NCBI GenBank assembly: GCA_003173895.1
Contig: PJMG01000005.1
Span: 18,275 to 82,274 of the forward strand
Reading direction: 5' to 3'
Length of the DNA: 64,000 nucleotides
Source of the DNA: Candidatus Levyibacteriota bacterium
Lineage (GTDB): Bacteria > Patescibacteriota > Microgenomatia > Levybacterales > UBA12049
Below the pieces are notes generated by a model. The model did no database searches. It was not told the DNA's origin and was given only the letters and a program-made list of their open reading frames with translations. Of the stretch, positions 49,635 to 59,350 are shown piece after piece (the stretch's first letter is position 1; the number at the start of each line of letters is the position of its first letter). The position numbers and the translations under genes are program-made.

Positions 49635-51461
49635 TTAATTTCCTCTCTGTGCGCGGACGCGGTCGATTTTAGATAAATATCTTTTTCTAGGTCTTAAAGA
49701 TTTAGGAGTGATTTCGAGCAATTCATCTGCTTCTATAAAATCTAGATATTGTTCTAAACTCATTTTTAAGGGAGGTACTAAAATAGTGGAGATATCAGAG
49801 TTCGAAGCTCTCATGTTAGTTAATTTTTTACCTTTAGCCACATTAATTTCTATATCATCACGTCTGCTGTTAAAACCTATAATCATACCTTCATAAACAT
49901 TTTCTCCAGGCTCTACAAAAGTTATTCCTCTTTCCTGGGCATTTTCCAATCCATATGCTAATGCTGGTCCACTTTCTGAAGCTATAAGTACTCCATTTCT
50001 GATTTTATCTATAGCAGGTTTCATAGGCTCAAAATCCATAAAAACCGAAGAAATAATAACTGTACCTTTAGTGGCAGTTAACATTATATTTCTAATACCA
50101 AAGATATTTTTACTGGGGGCTTTATATACGAAACGTGTAATTCCTTTTTCACTTAGCATATGAAGCATATCTGTTTTTCTAACTCCCATTTCAGTCGTAA
50201 TCACTCCCATAAATTCATCGGGTACATCTATAGTTACTTCTTCTACAGGTTCTAATGTCTGTCCATTTTCATGTTTTAGAACTACTTCAGGTTTACCTAT
50301 TTCAAATTCATATCCTTCCCGTCTTAAAGTTTCCAGCAAAATAGATAAATGTAATTCTCCCCGTCCAAAAAGTGTAAACTTTTCACCGTTTTGTTCATAC
50401 TTGAGAGCTACATTAGTTTCAATTTCTTTTTTTAAGCGATCTGCTATTTGTCTAGAGGTAGTATATTTCCCTTCTTTACCAGAAAAAGGTGAAGTATTAG
50501 GTCCTAAAATAATTTTAATAGTTGGTTCATCAATTTGAATTCTAGGAAGTGGTTCTTTAACACTAGGATCTGATAATGTATCTCCAATAGAAACATCATT
50601 AAACCCAGTTAATTCAATAATTTCACCAATTCCTGCACTTTCCACTTCAGTTTTATGTAATCCTTGGGAAATAAAAATATTAGCTGCGCGCGAATTTGTT
50701 ACACCTTTTTCAGAAATTAAAATAGCCGCGTCTCCTTTTTTGATCTCCCCTCTTTTAATTTTTCCAATAGCGTGTTTCCCTTTATGTTCATCATAAGAAA
50801 GAGCCGAAACTAACATTTGAAATGATCCTTCTTCAAACTGAGGAGGGGGCATATAATTTATTATTTCGTCCATTAAAATAGTTAAATCGCTCGCATTTTT
50901 AGCTTCCTCTACAGTTCTTCCTGCTTTTCCTTCACGCCCTATAGCGTAAATAACTGGAAATTCCAGTTGATCTTCGTGAGAAGCTAAATCTAAAAATAAA
51001 TCATGAGTTTTAGTTAATGTTACAGGAATATCTGCTAAAGGTTTATCGATTTTATTAATAACTACTATAACTTTTAAATTTAAATCCAGAGCTTTTTTAA
51101 GAACAAATTTAGTTTGTGGCATAGGCCCTTCCTGTGCATCTATTAAGAGTATAGCTCCATCTGCCATACCTAAGGTTCTTTCCACTTCTCCTGAAAAGTC
51201 AGCATGACCGGGAGTATCTATAATGTTAATTCGATAATCTCTATAATTGATTGCAGTATTTTTAGCTAGAATCGTAATCCCACGTTCACGCTCCAGAGGA
51301 TTTGCATCTAAGATAGTTGTTTGTTGCATCTCTGCTTCATTCTCACGAAATGTATGAGATTGCTTTAATAGAAAGTCTACTAAAGTAGTTTTTCCATGGT
51401 CGACATGCGCTATAATAGCAATATTACGTAAATTTTTATAATCCATAATGATTATTGTCAT
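49635..51461 (-). CDS. typA: Translational GTPase TypA/BipA
   Basis: G1 IAIIAHVDHGKTTLVD; G3 DTPGHADF; NKIDK; 608 aa with EF-G-like domain layout. Confidence 0.9.
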   Translation of the reverse strand: MTIIIMDYKNLRNIAIIAHVDHGKTTLVDFLLKQSHTFRENEAEMQQTTILDANPLERERGITILAKNTAINYRDYRINIIDTPGHADFSGEVERTLGMADGAILLIDAQEGPMPQTKFVLKKALDLNLKVIVVINKIDKPLADIPVTLTKTHDLFLDLASHEDQLEFPVIYAIGREGKAGRTVEEAKNASDLTILMDEIINYMPPPQFEEGSFQMLVSALSYDEHKGKHAIGKIKRGEIKKGDAAILISEKGVTNSRAANIFISQGLHKTEVESAGIGEIIELTGFNDVSIGDTLSDPSVKEPLPRIQIDEPTIKIILGPNTSPFSGKEGKYTTSRQIADRLKKEIETNVALKYEQNGEKFTLFGRGELHLSILLETLRREGYEFEIGKPEVVLKHENGQTLEPVEEVTIDVPDEFMGVITTEMGVRKTDMLHMLSEKGITRFVYKAPSKNIFGIRNIMLTATKGTVIISSVFMDFEPMKPAIDKIRNGVLIASESGPALAYGLENAQERGITFVEPGENVYEGMIIGFNSRRDDIEINVAKGKKLTNMRASNSDISTILVPPLKMSLEQYLDFIEADELLEITPKSLRPRKRYLSKIDRVRAQRGN

Positions 51462-51590
51462 CCTGAACTTGATCCAGGATCTTCTTAATTCAGAGAGGAT
51501 GCTGAAATGAATTCAGCATGACATTTATATTTTACCTTTTTTAGCTTGATTTGTCGAGCAGAAAGCTCTGAAATACGATAAAATTAGAAT

Positions 51591-52622
51591 ATGAAAAAAA
51601 GAAAAAGCAGGATAAGTGATAGTTCACAGTTTACAGTTTACAGTTATAATAGAGTTTTGAAAACAATAAAAGACTGGTTTAATAAAAAATGGGCTATTGT
51701 TTTGTTTCTATGTATTTTAATAGCATCCTCATTAATATTGATCTTAAAAACAAATGCTAAGTTTTCTAATTCTAAAATTTCAGAGAGTTTAGTACATGAA
51801 AATAAAACTTTTAAGACCGAATCAGCATTTGCTCAGATTTTAAAAGAAGCCAGTCTTTCTGGGAAAATTGCTACGCCAACTGTTTCTTTATCTCCTGCTC
51901 TCCAACTCTCCCCCACCGCTACGCCAGATTTAGGTTATTGTTTAAATGTTCCTATACTTTATTATCATCATACAGAACCTTGGTCTCAAGCTGTAACTTT
52001 AGGACATACTTCCTTAGCAGTAGATAGCGGAATTTTTGATGAGCAAATGAGTTATTTAACATCTCATGGATATAATACTATTTTTGCGGATGAATTAGTT
52101 AATGATTTAGTCAACCATATTGAGCCTCCTGCTAAAAGTGTAGTAATTACTTTAGATGATGGTTATCAAGATAATTATGATTATGCTTTTCAAAGTGCTA
52201 AAAAATATAATGTTAAATTAAGCTTAATGGTACCAACAGGTCTACTTGGTATAACTTCAGGTACTAATACTTATTTTAGTTGGGATGAATTATCGACTAT
52301 GGTTTCATCAGGTTTAGTCCGCGCTTATGATCATACTTGGTCTCATTACGCATTAAATGATGGAAATACTCAGAAAGATCAATTTGAAATAATGACTGGC
52401 CAAAATGAGTTACAACAGCATTTAGGAACTGTTTATAATATTTTTGCTTATCCTTACGGCTCAGGTGCTACTTCTAATATAGTTACAGATATTTTATCTA
52501 AAGATGGATTTGTAGGAGCTTATTCTACGATTCCAGGAACTTATCAATGCACTTCATATATTTTAGCTTTGCGTAGAACTAGAATTGGTTCCTCACCTTT
52601 CCCAGCCTTTGGTATTGAATAA
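51591..52622 (+). CDS. Polysaccharide deacetylase (NodB/CE4) with N-terminal TM anchor
   Basis: ITLDDGY (TFDDG motif) and HTWSH His motif. Confidence 0.7.
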   Translation: MKKRKSRISDSSQFTVYSYNRVLKTIKDWFNKKWAIVLFLCILIASSLILILKTNAKFSNSKISESLVHENKTFKTESAFAQILKEASLSGKIATPTVSLSPALQLSPTATPDLGYCLNVPILYYHHTEPWSQAVTLGHTSLAVDSGIFDEQMSYLTSHGYNTIFADELVNDLVNHIEPPAKSVVITLDDGYQDNYDYAFQSAKKYNVKLSLMVPTGLLGITSGTNTYFSWDELSTMVSSGLVRAYDHTWSHYALNDGNTQKDQFEIMTGQNELQQHLGTVYNIFAYPYGSGATSNIVTDILSKDGFVGAYSTIPGTYQCTSYILALRRTRIGSSPFPAFGIE

Positions 52623-52625
52623 ATG

Positions 52626-53180
52626 TTAAGAGTTAGTAATAGTAGGTGGATTAAGCGGAGGAGCAGTAAGCTTGTTTCTTCCAATTAATTCATAAGATAT
52701 TTTGGGCTCATTTAATTGTCCAAGCAAGGGGATATTATCCACAGTTTCCATTATTCTAATCCGACGAATAGCTATATTTGGTAATGATGTGGGTAAAGCA
52801 TCTATAGAAGTTTGTATTTTTATCTGTTTCTTTTGTCTTAATAAAGTTATACCTGAATCAATTGTCTTCTCGACTATATTAGTCCATTCAGATTGAGCTG
52901 GCATTAAAGCATTAATAAAAGTTTCATCAAAAGGATTACCAAGTGGTAAAACTATCTGTAAGTCGTCGAGTTTCCCTGTCTTTACTGCTTCTATAATTTC
53001 TTCTTTTAAATCCTCTATTTGTCCGTTAAAAATGCCTTCTTCTAAGAATAAATCTTCACAACTACTTTGTGCCATTGGATCATTTAAAGATCTATCTCTA
53101 CAATCATCCAACACTTGTACTATTTTAGTATCTGATATTTCCCCGTTTAAAAATAAATTTCCTTGTTCAAATTCTGACAT
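52626..53180 (-). CDS. Hypothetical protein
   Basis: 184-aa ORF. Confidence 0.4.
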   Translation of the reverse strand: MSEFEQGNLFLNGEISDTKIVQVLDDCRDRSLNDPMAQSSCEDLFLEEGIFNGQIEDLKEEIIEAVKTGKLDDLQIVLPLGNPFDETFINALMPAQSEWTNIVEKTIDSGITLLRQKKQIKIQTSIDALPTSLPNIAIRRIRIMETVDNIPLLGQLNEPKISYELIGRNKLTAPPLNPPTITNS

Positions 53181-53255
53181 AAAATAATTATAACAAGATT
53201 TTAAAAATCATTATACTATGGTATTTTAAATTCTTGAGGTACAAATTATTTTAAT

Positions 53256-54047
53256 ATGCTTGAAGCAGATGATGAGAGAGCTAGAATACTAGCGTTAGAA
53301 ACTAAAAGATTAAATGTTCAGAATAAATTAATTGAAAATACAGTAGAAAAATTAAAAATGATTACTTCTCTATATTTTGATCTTCCCTTCCCAAATAATG
53401 TAGGAAACGAAGATGCTTCAAAAATAGTTCACGCAAATAATCAAGAATTAGAAGATGCTTTAGATTTACAAACTTTTAGGGTAACAACTTTTTGTCAACA
53501 AATATTAAATAGTTTCAAAAACCCAAATAATTTACGTACATATCCAAGTAATAAAGAGAAACTCTATCCTGCTTTAATAGGAGTTATGATAAAAGACAAT
53601 ATGCCGCCTTTATTTGTATCTTTATGGCAAGATCAAAAAATTGATTCCGAAGCACGAACTATAAGTTATATGCGACTACTTATACCGACTACTTCACAAA
53701 AAGGAAGAACTGGTAAAACTAATTATATTTTAGCAAATTTCTATATACCAACCATATTTTTCCCAGATAAAATGGGATTAAGTATAACTGAAGTAGATAT
53801 AGATAATAACTATTCTTATATAGACGCTGCTTATTATCTAAATTATGATGCCTATAACAATAATTGTCCCACTTATGATTGGGCAAGTGATCATACAAAT
53901 CCACCTTTAAGAATAAAACAAAAATTTGATAAGGCTATTTTAATTGGCAAAAATATTATAACTTACGAACCAGATTCTTATTTATTAAATGACAATATTA
54001 TTGCTAGTAATATTTCATCCATGATGAGTTATCAACCAATAAAATAG
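53256..54047 (+). CDS. Hypothetical protein
   Basis: 263-aa ORF. Confidence 0.45.
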   Translation: MLEADDERARILALETKRLNVQNKLIENTVEKLKMITSLYFDLPFPNNVGNEDASKIVHANNQELEDALDLQTFRVTTFCQQILNSFKNPNNLRTYPSNKEKLYPALIGVMIKDNMPPLFVSLWQDQKIDSEARTISYMRLLIPTTSQKGRTGKTNYILANFYIPTIFFPDKMGLSITEVDIDNNYSYIDAAYYLNYDAYNNNCPTYDWASDHTNPPLRIKQKFDKAILIGKNIITYEPDSYLLNDNIIASNISSMMSYQPIK

Positions 54048-54107
54048 ATATAATTTGATATTCTTTTTTCTCTTGTTATTTTTATTTCTTTCGTATAAAT
54101 TTTAATT

Positions 54108-55352
54108 ATGACTTCGGGTTTAAAAACTATCATTCATATCGATTTTGATTCGTTTTTTGCTTCATGTGAACAACAAAATAATGCTAAATTCAGGAATAAA
54201 CCTTTAGCAGTATTAGCTGCGAATGGCGCTACTGCAATTATCGCTGCATCTGTAGAAGCTAAGAAATATGGTATTTATGGACGGGATCGAACCTATAGAG
54301 CATACGAACTCTGTCCTAAGTTATTAACTACTAAAGCTAACTTTTGGTTATATTTTGAAGTCTCTAAAAAGTTTTTATCTATCGCTAATCGTTTTTCACC
54401 ACTGGTAGAAGTATTTTCTATTGATGAGCTTTTCATGGATGTTACAGAAACTCAAAAACTTTTTGGAGGAGTAGAAAATTTAGTTAAAAGTTTTAAAGCC
54501 TGCATAAAAGCAGAAATTGGAGAATATATTACTGCGAGTTTTGGTATTTCATATAATAAACTTTTATCTAAATTAGCTTCAGGTATTAATAAGCCAAATG
54601 GAGTTTATGAAATTACTAAAGAGAATTTATTTGAAACTTATAACAAATGTAAATTAAATGATATTTGTGGTATAGGATACAGAATTGAAGAGCACTTAAA
54701 TAAAATTGGAATTTATACTTTACTCGATTTAAATAAGGCTGACTTGAGACGTTTAAAATTAGAATTTGGCAATATAGAAGGAAATTTTTTAAAAAACGCG
54801 GGAATGGGAATTGGAAGTGATCAGTTAACTCCATATACTCAAAAATCTGAAACTAAATCTTTAAGTCGCCAATATTGTTTAGCAGAAAATACTTATGAGA
54901 TGAAAATCGTACGCGAAAATATTTTCGAATTATGTGAAGAAGTTACACTAAAACTGCGAAAACTAAATAAACAGGCTAAAATAGGTGGAATTTATTTAGG
55001 TGGAGAAAAATCTTATCACGATAGTAAAACTATGACTAATTACTTCTCAGATCCTCTAATTTTGTTTAATATTTGCAATAAATTTTTTAATCAGTGGAAT
55101 CCTAAAATGGTCAGGCGTATTTCTATTTGGGTTGCTAATCTAATTGATGACATAGCAGTTCCTGCTTCTCTGTTCGAAGAAGAAAATAGAAATGTGAAAG
55201 TTCAAAATACTATTGATTTAATTAATGAAAAGTTTGGAGATTATACTATTCGCCGTGCAGCCCTTCTAAAAGCTGATAAATTAAAAACAGTCCCAAATGG
55301 TTTTCTAGCCGACAGAAATCAAAGAAATGAACTAAGACACTTTACTATATAG
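54108..55352 (+). CDS. dinB: DNA polymerase IV (Y-family, DinB)
   Basis: N-terminus IIHIDFDSFFASCEQ (UmuC/DinB motif I); SIDELFMD; 414 aa. Confidence 0.85.
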   Translation: MTSGLKTIIHIDFDSFFASCEQQNNAKFRNKPLAVLAANGATAIIAASVEAKKYGIYGRDRTYRAYELCPKLLTTKANFWLYFEVSKKFLSIANRFSPLVEVFSIDELFMDVTETQKLFGGVENLVKSFKACIKAEIGEYITASFGISYNKLLSKLASGINKPNGVYEITKENLFETYNKCKLNDICGIGYRIEEHLNKIGIYTLLDLNKADLRRLKLEFGNIEGNFLKNAGMGIGSDQLTPYTQKSETKSLSRQYCLAENTYEMKIVRENIFELCEEVTLKLRKLNKQAKIGGIYLGGEKSYHDSKTMTNYFSDPLILFNICNKFFNQWNPKMVRRISIWVANLIDDIAVPASLFEEENRNVKVQNTIDLINEKFGDYTIRRAALLKADKLKTVPNGFLADRNQRNELRHFTI

Positions 55353-55395
55353 TAGTATTGAAATAAGAAAAAAACATGCTATAATTTCCCCTATC

Positions 55396-56232
55396 ATGGC
55401 AGAACAAGAACAGAATCCAATTACTACAGAAGCTAATGAAGTAGAAATTATAAATATCCCAACTAATACACGAAGACAAGTTATTAAGGATGCGTTCAAA
55501 TGGGCAGGTATAGGTGCAGGTTGGACGGGATTGTTTACAGCAATTAATGTAGCTGGCGCTGCTATCCAAGAACCTAAAGTTATTTCTAAAGCAACAGAAC
55601 AAGAGCAAGAAGCTACAAAAGCGATAGAAAGTGGTGAAAAATTACAAACTAAATTTTTCGCTAGAGATATAGTCGAAGCAAGTTCGAGGATTACTTCTGA
55701 TACAACAGTTGAAAATCTTTCACTTATAATTAGTGGTTGGTTTGCGGGAACAGCAGTAGGAGGTTTCTTATTAAGAAATCATTCAAAATTATTTAATAGT
55801 ATAGTGGGATCTACGACAGCTGTGGGAGGTAAAACTGTCGATGTAGCGTCTACTTTAGTCTTTGCAACCAAAATGAATGATCCACGTTTTAAAGAATACA
55901 ACGTAGGTTTATATTTTAATGAAGTAAATCCTCTTTTTTCACCTAATCCTTCACCTGAAGAAGTAATAACAAAAAGTTTATTCTTAATCGCACTTATCGG
56001 TCTTTCATCATTCAGATTTCCAGCATTTGGAAGAGGATATTTAGGAGCATCACCAGCAATTCTAAAAAATAATTTAGAAGTTGCTCATACAATTGGAACA
56101 GCATTAGAGTTAGGTGATCAAGTAAAATCTTTAATAGAGCAAGGTAGAGATGCTAATTACATTAAAAATTATTTACAACATACTGGAGAAAACCAATCTC
56201 AATTTAAGGATATTAAAACTAATACAGATTAA
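55396..56232 (+). CDS. Hypothetical protein
   Basis: 278-aa ORF. Confidence 0.45.
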   Translation: MAEQEQNPITTEANEVEIINIPTNTRRQVIKDAFKWAGIGAGWTGLFTAINVAGAAIQEPKVISKATEQEQEATKAIESGEKLQTKFFARDIVEASSRITSDTTVENLSLIISGWFAGTAVGGFLLRNHSKLFNSIVGSTTAVGGKTVDVASTLVFATKMNDPRFKEYNVGLYFNEVNPLFSPNPSPEEVITKSLFLIALIGLSSFRFPAFGRGYLGASPAILKNNLEVAHTIGTALELGDQVKSLIEQGRDANYIKNYLQHTGENQSQFKDIKTNTD

Positions 56233-56276
56233 ACTAAAACTATTCACCTTAAACATACAGTTTTTATTAATTAAAG

Positions 56277-58634
56277 TTACTTAATCCCCTTTTTCTTAAA
56301 AACTATAAAATCGTCAAATTTCGCAATTTCTATATAATTTTTATCTTCTTCTAAATCGGCAGCCATTTTTTTCTGAGCAGGAAGTGAAGGTGAAGCATAT
56401 TTATCATTTAATAAAAACGTCACTATGTCAGCCTGCTCTACTCCCACAGGAATAGTATAAATATTTTCTCTGTGGGATAAATGAGAACCTAAATTATTCG
56501 AAGCGGCTATACTATATTTTTTATCAATTTGCGATAAAAAATTAGCTATTTTATCTCGATCCTGAAGTGGCTTATCAAACATATCAGTATTGGAATTTCT
56601 ATCAAATGGTAATGGTCCAAAGAAATATGAACTAATTAAGGCTAATAAAATTATAACTGTAGCTATTAATTTATTTGAGGGAAGTTTTAACTTATTTTTA
56701 AGATAGAAAACACCATTTAGAAAACTAATGAAAACAAATGGCGTTATAGGGCCGGTATACTGATAATAAATTTCATGAAGTTCGGGTTTGGTACTCAATA
56801 AGTTTAATAATAATTCAGGTAGAGGAATAATTAAATATAACGGCGCGAAAATCGATAAGAATCCTACATGCATAAATAATTGACTTAAATATAAAAGTCT
56901 ATCAGGAGCCAGTAGCGTAGAAAAAGTTTTATTAGGAGAAAGAACTATAGTTTTTAAAATTTGACTAGGAGTGGTTCCAAAATCAGAATAATATGAAAAT
57001 GCGAAATGAGCTCCATTATGAAAATGAGGTATTATAACTAAGAATAATAAGAAAAATAAGATTAAAGATAAGACTGAAATTATACCGCCCAAAATCCTTT
57101 TCTTTTTTGAAATTATGACATATATCCCAAAAATAGATATAAGCAACCAAATTTCTTCTTTACAAAGTCCAGCTAAAATTAGAAATATAGTCATCCAAAT
57201 ATATTTTTTCTTTTTAAGAAAATAAAATGCTCCTAGGAAAAATGTCGGGATTAAAGAATCGGAGTGGAAATCATATAAATTCGAATCTCCTATAGCTGGA
57301 TAAAGTAAATATGAAAACACAAAAGCAATTGAAATTGATTTCTCTTTAAAAGTATTTTTAGCAATTAAAAATATAAAAATTGCACCTAAACCTATAACTA
57401 TAGATTGAATTAATAAAAGCATTCTGGGATCTTCCCAAATTAGATAAAATGGAGCTAAAAGCACAAGTAAAAAGTCTGCATGTTGAGATAAGCGTGAAAC
57501 ATTATTTGTACCATCAGGATTGGTCAATTGGAAAATATTCCCATGTATCGTATTCCAAACAGTTTGATCCATATTCCCTAAATCAAATCTGCCTGTATAA
57601 AAGTTTTTATATCTTAAAAAGCTGGCTACTGTAAAATATAAAATGTAACAGCAGATTAAAAATCCAGTTAAAATTTCGTATCTATATTTACTTAAAAAGT
57701 TTTCTATTTTCTCACTTGTATTTTTAAATTTATTTAAGAGCATAGTTATACCAAAAAATAAAACTTCGCCCATAATTAAAATTATTCTAGAAAATATAGA
57801 AGTAATAGCAGCAAAAGATGCTGGTAAAAATTTTAAAAATCCAGCTGTAGCTATAGCTTCACGAACACCTAGGCCCATAGGTGTTACAAATGATAAAAAT
57901 CCTATAAGGCGGGCAAATATTAAAAACGCAGATATCTCTAAAAACTTACTTACTGGAAAATTAAAAATAGCAATTACAGAGAAATATGATCCAACTCCAA
58001 ATAGTGCCTCACTAATAATGGCATTAAAAAATAAATCTAAATTTTTCTTAATTCCAAAACCTTCAAAAATTTTTATGAATCCTGCCACTTTTTTAGTTTT
58101 TCTAAATTTAATTAAAAATCCTAATAAAATTAAACAGATTAAAATAGTTCCCACTAAAATAATGCCAGAAATAAAAGAAAAACTTTTATAAATAGAAAAT
58201 ATTAAGTTAATAGCAAAAAGAGAAAGTATTAAATCAGCAATTACGATAAAAATGGATTCTAGAGCATATAAAGAAAGTGTAGTGGTTTTTCTTAAGTCAT
58301 CTTTAGAAAAAGAAGATACTCTGGAAATAATAGACCAAAAATTACCAGGAACATAACGTCGTATTTCAGATGCTTCCCAAAGATATGCCGTTTCAAAAAG
58401 TGAAATTTTCTTTTCAGATTTAGTAGAAATAATTTTTTTCCATACATATGCTCTCTGAAAAAAGTAAAAGATAAAAAATACTAAAGATAAAAATATTAAA
58501 AAGAAATTAGGTACAGGTACCTTTAAAAGTATAGAAAAATTAGAAAATATTACTTTAAAAACGAAAATCAGTGCAATAATCGATAGAGGAATTCCCAGAA
58601 AAAATTTAATAAGTGAAATAATTTTATTTTGCAT
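56277..58634 (-). CDS. Large polytopic membrane protein (two membrane domains; possible lipid/glycan transferase or flippase)
   Basis: 785 aa with 20 or more hydrophobic helices. N-terminal third resembles MprF-type flippase-like TM domains. Confidence 0.5.
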   Translation of the reverse strand: MQNKIISLIKFFLGIPLSIIALIFVFKVIFSNFSILLKVPVPNFFLIFLSLVFFIFYFFQRAYVWKKIISTKSEKKISLFETAYLWEASEIRRYVPGNFWSIISRVSSFSKDDLRKTTTLSLYALESIFIVIADLILSLFAINLIFSIYKSFSFISGIILVGTILICLILLGFLIKFRKTKKVAGFIKIFEGFGIKKNLDLFFNAIISEALFGVGSYFSVIAIFNFPVSKFLEISAFLIFARLIGFLSFVTPMGLGVREAIATAGFLKFLPASFAAITSIFSRIILIMGEVLFFGITMLLNKFKNTSEKIENFLSKYRYEILTGFLICCYILYFTVASFLRYKNFYTGRFDLGNMDQTVWNTIHGNIFQLTNPDGTNNVSRLSQHADFLLVLLAPFYLIWEDPRMLLLIQSIVIGLGAIFIFLIAKNTFKEKSISIAFVFSYLLYPAIGDSNLYDFHSDSLIPTFFLGAFYFLKKKKYIWMTIFLILAGLCKEEIWLLISIFGIYVIISKKKRILGGIISVLSLILFFLLFLVIIPHFHNGAHFAFSYYSDFGTTPSQILKTIVLSPNKTFSTLLAPDRLLYLSQLFMHVGFLSIFAPLYLIIPLPELLLNLLSTKPELHEIYYQYTGPITPFVFISFLNGVFYLKNKLKLPSNKLIATVIILLALISSYFFGPLPFDRNSNTDMFDKPLQDRDKIANFLSQIDKKYSIAASNNLGSHLSHRENIYTIPVGVEQADIVTFLLNDKYASPSLPAQKKMAADLEEDKNYIEIAKFDDFIVFKKKGIK

Positions 58635-58699
58635 TTAAAGATACTAATCATTCTAGCAAAAATTATAGATTTTTTAAATTTGATATAATGGTTCATATT

Positions 58700-58773
58700 G
58701 CGCCTGTAGCTCAGCGGATTAGAGCGCTTCGCTTCGGACGAAGAAGTCGGGGGTTCAAGTCCCTCCAGGCGCA
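58700..58773 (+). tRNA. tRNA-Arg (anticodon UCG)
   Basis: Acceptor GCGCCUG/CAGGCGC; D-arm GCUC-AGCGGAUUA-GAGC; anticodon stem CUUCG/CGAAG with loop CUUCGGA; T-arm GGGGG-UUCAAGU-CCCUC; discriminator A. Confidence 0.8.
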
Positions 58774-58781
58774 CTGATTAG

Positions 58782-59201
58782 CTATTTTCTTCTAGAATTT
58801 AAATCTCCTAATTGTCTCTCAATTCGTGCAGCGAGACGGGGTTCTATTCCAGATAGAATTGGTTGTGTTTTAGCCTCTGATAATTTAACTAGAAACTCTG
58901 GATCATTACCTACTCTCCAGTCATAAAATAATATAGTAGCTTTATCATCTTTTTTGTAGATTTCAAAATAAAGGGGAATCCTAAATGATTTAAAAAATCT
59001 TCCCGCAAAAACATAATCTATAAATTTAGTTCCTTGTTGAGCGTTTGGGAATATATCTCTTATTTCACCAAGTGTAAGTATTTCCCCGTTTTCTATTCTT
59101 CCCGCAATTAAGGCATAAGGTGTCCCTTCCTCTAAGCCTGCATATTTTACATTTATTTCAGGATTATAAAAAGGATAATTTTCGTTTTCTGAATTAACCA
59201 T
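58782..59201 (-). CDS. Hypothetical protein
   Basis: 139-aa ORF. Confidence 0.45.
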   Translation of the reverse strand: MVNSENENYPFYNPEINVKYAGLEEGTPYALIAGRIENGEILTLGEIRDIFPNAQQGTKFIDYVFAGRFFKSFRIPLYFEIYKKDDKATILFYDWRVGNDPEFLVKLSEAKTQPILSGIEPRLAARIERQLGDLNSRRK

Positions 59202-59350
59202 GCGGTAAGTATAACAAATAATTTAAATTTATCTAGCTTTAACTGGAAAATTCATTAAATAATCCTATAGTAATAGTCCTATAAATTTGATAATATATCC
59301 ATAGCTAAAATAGCCTGCCTCGCTAACTTCCTATTTTTAAATAAACTATA

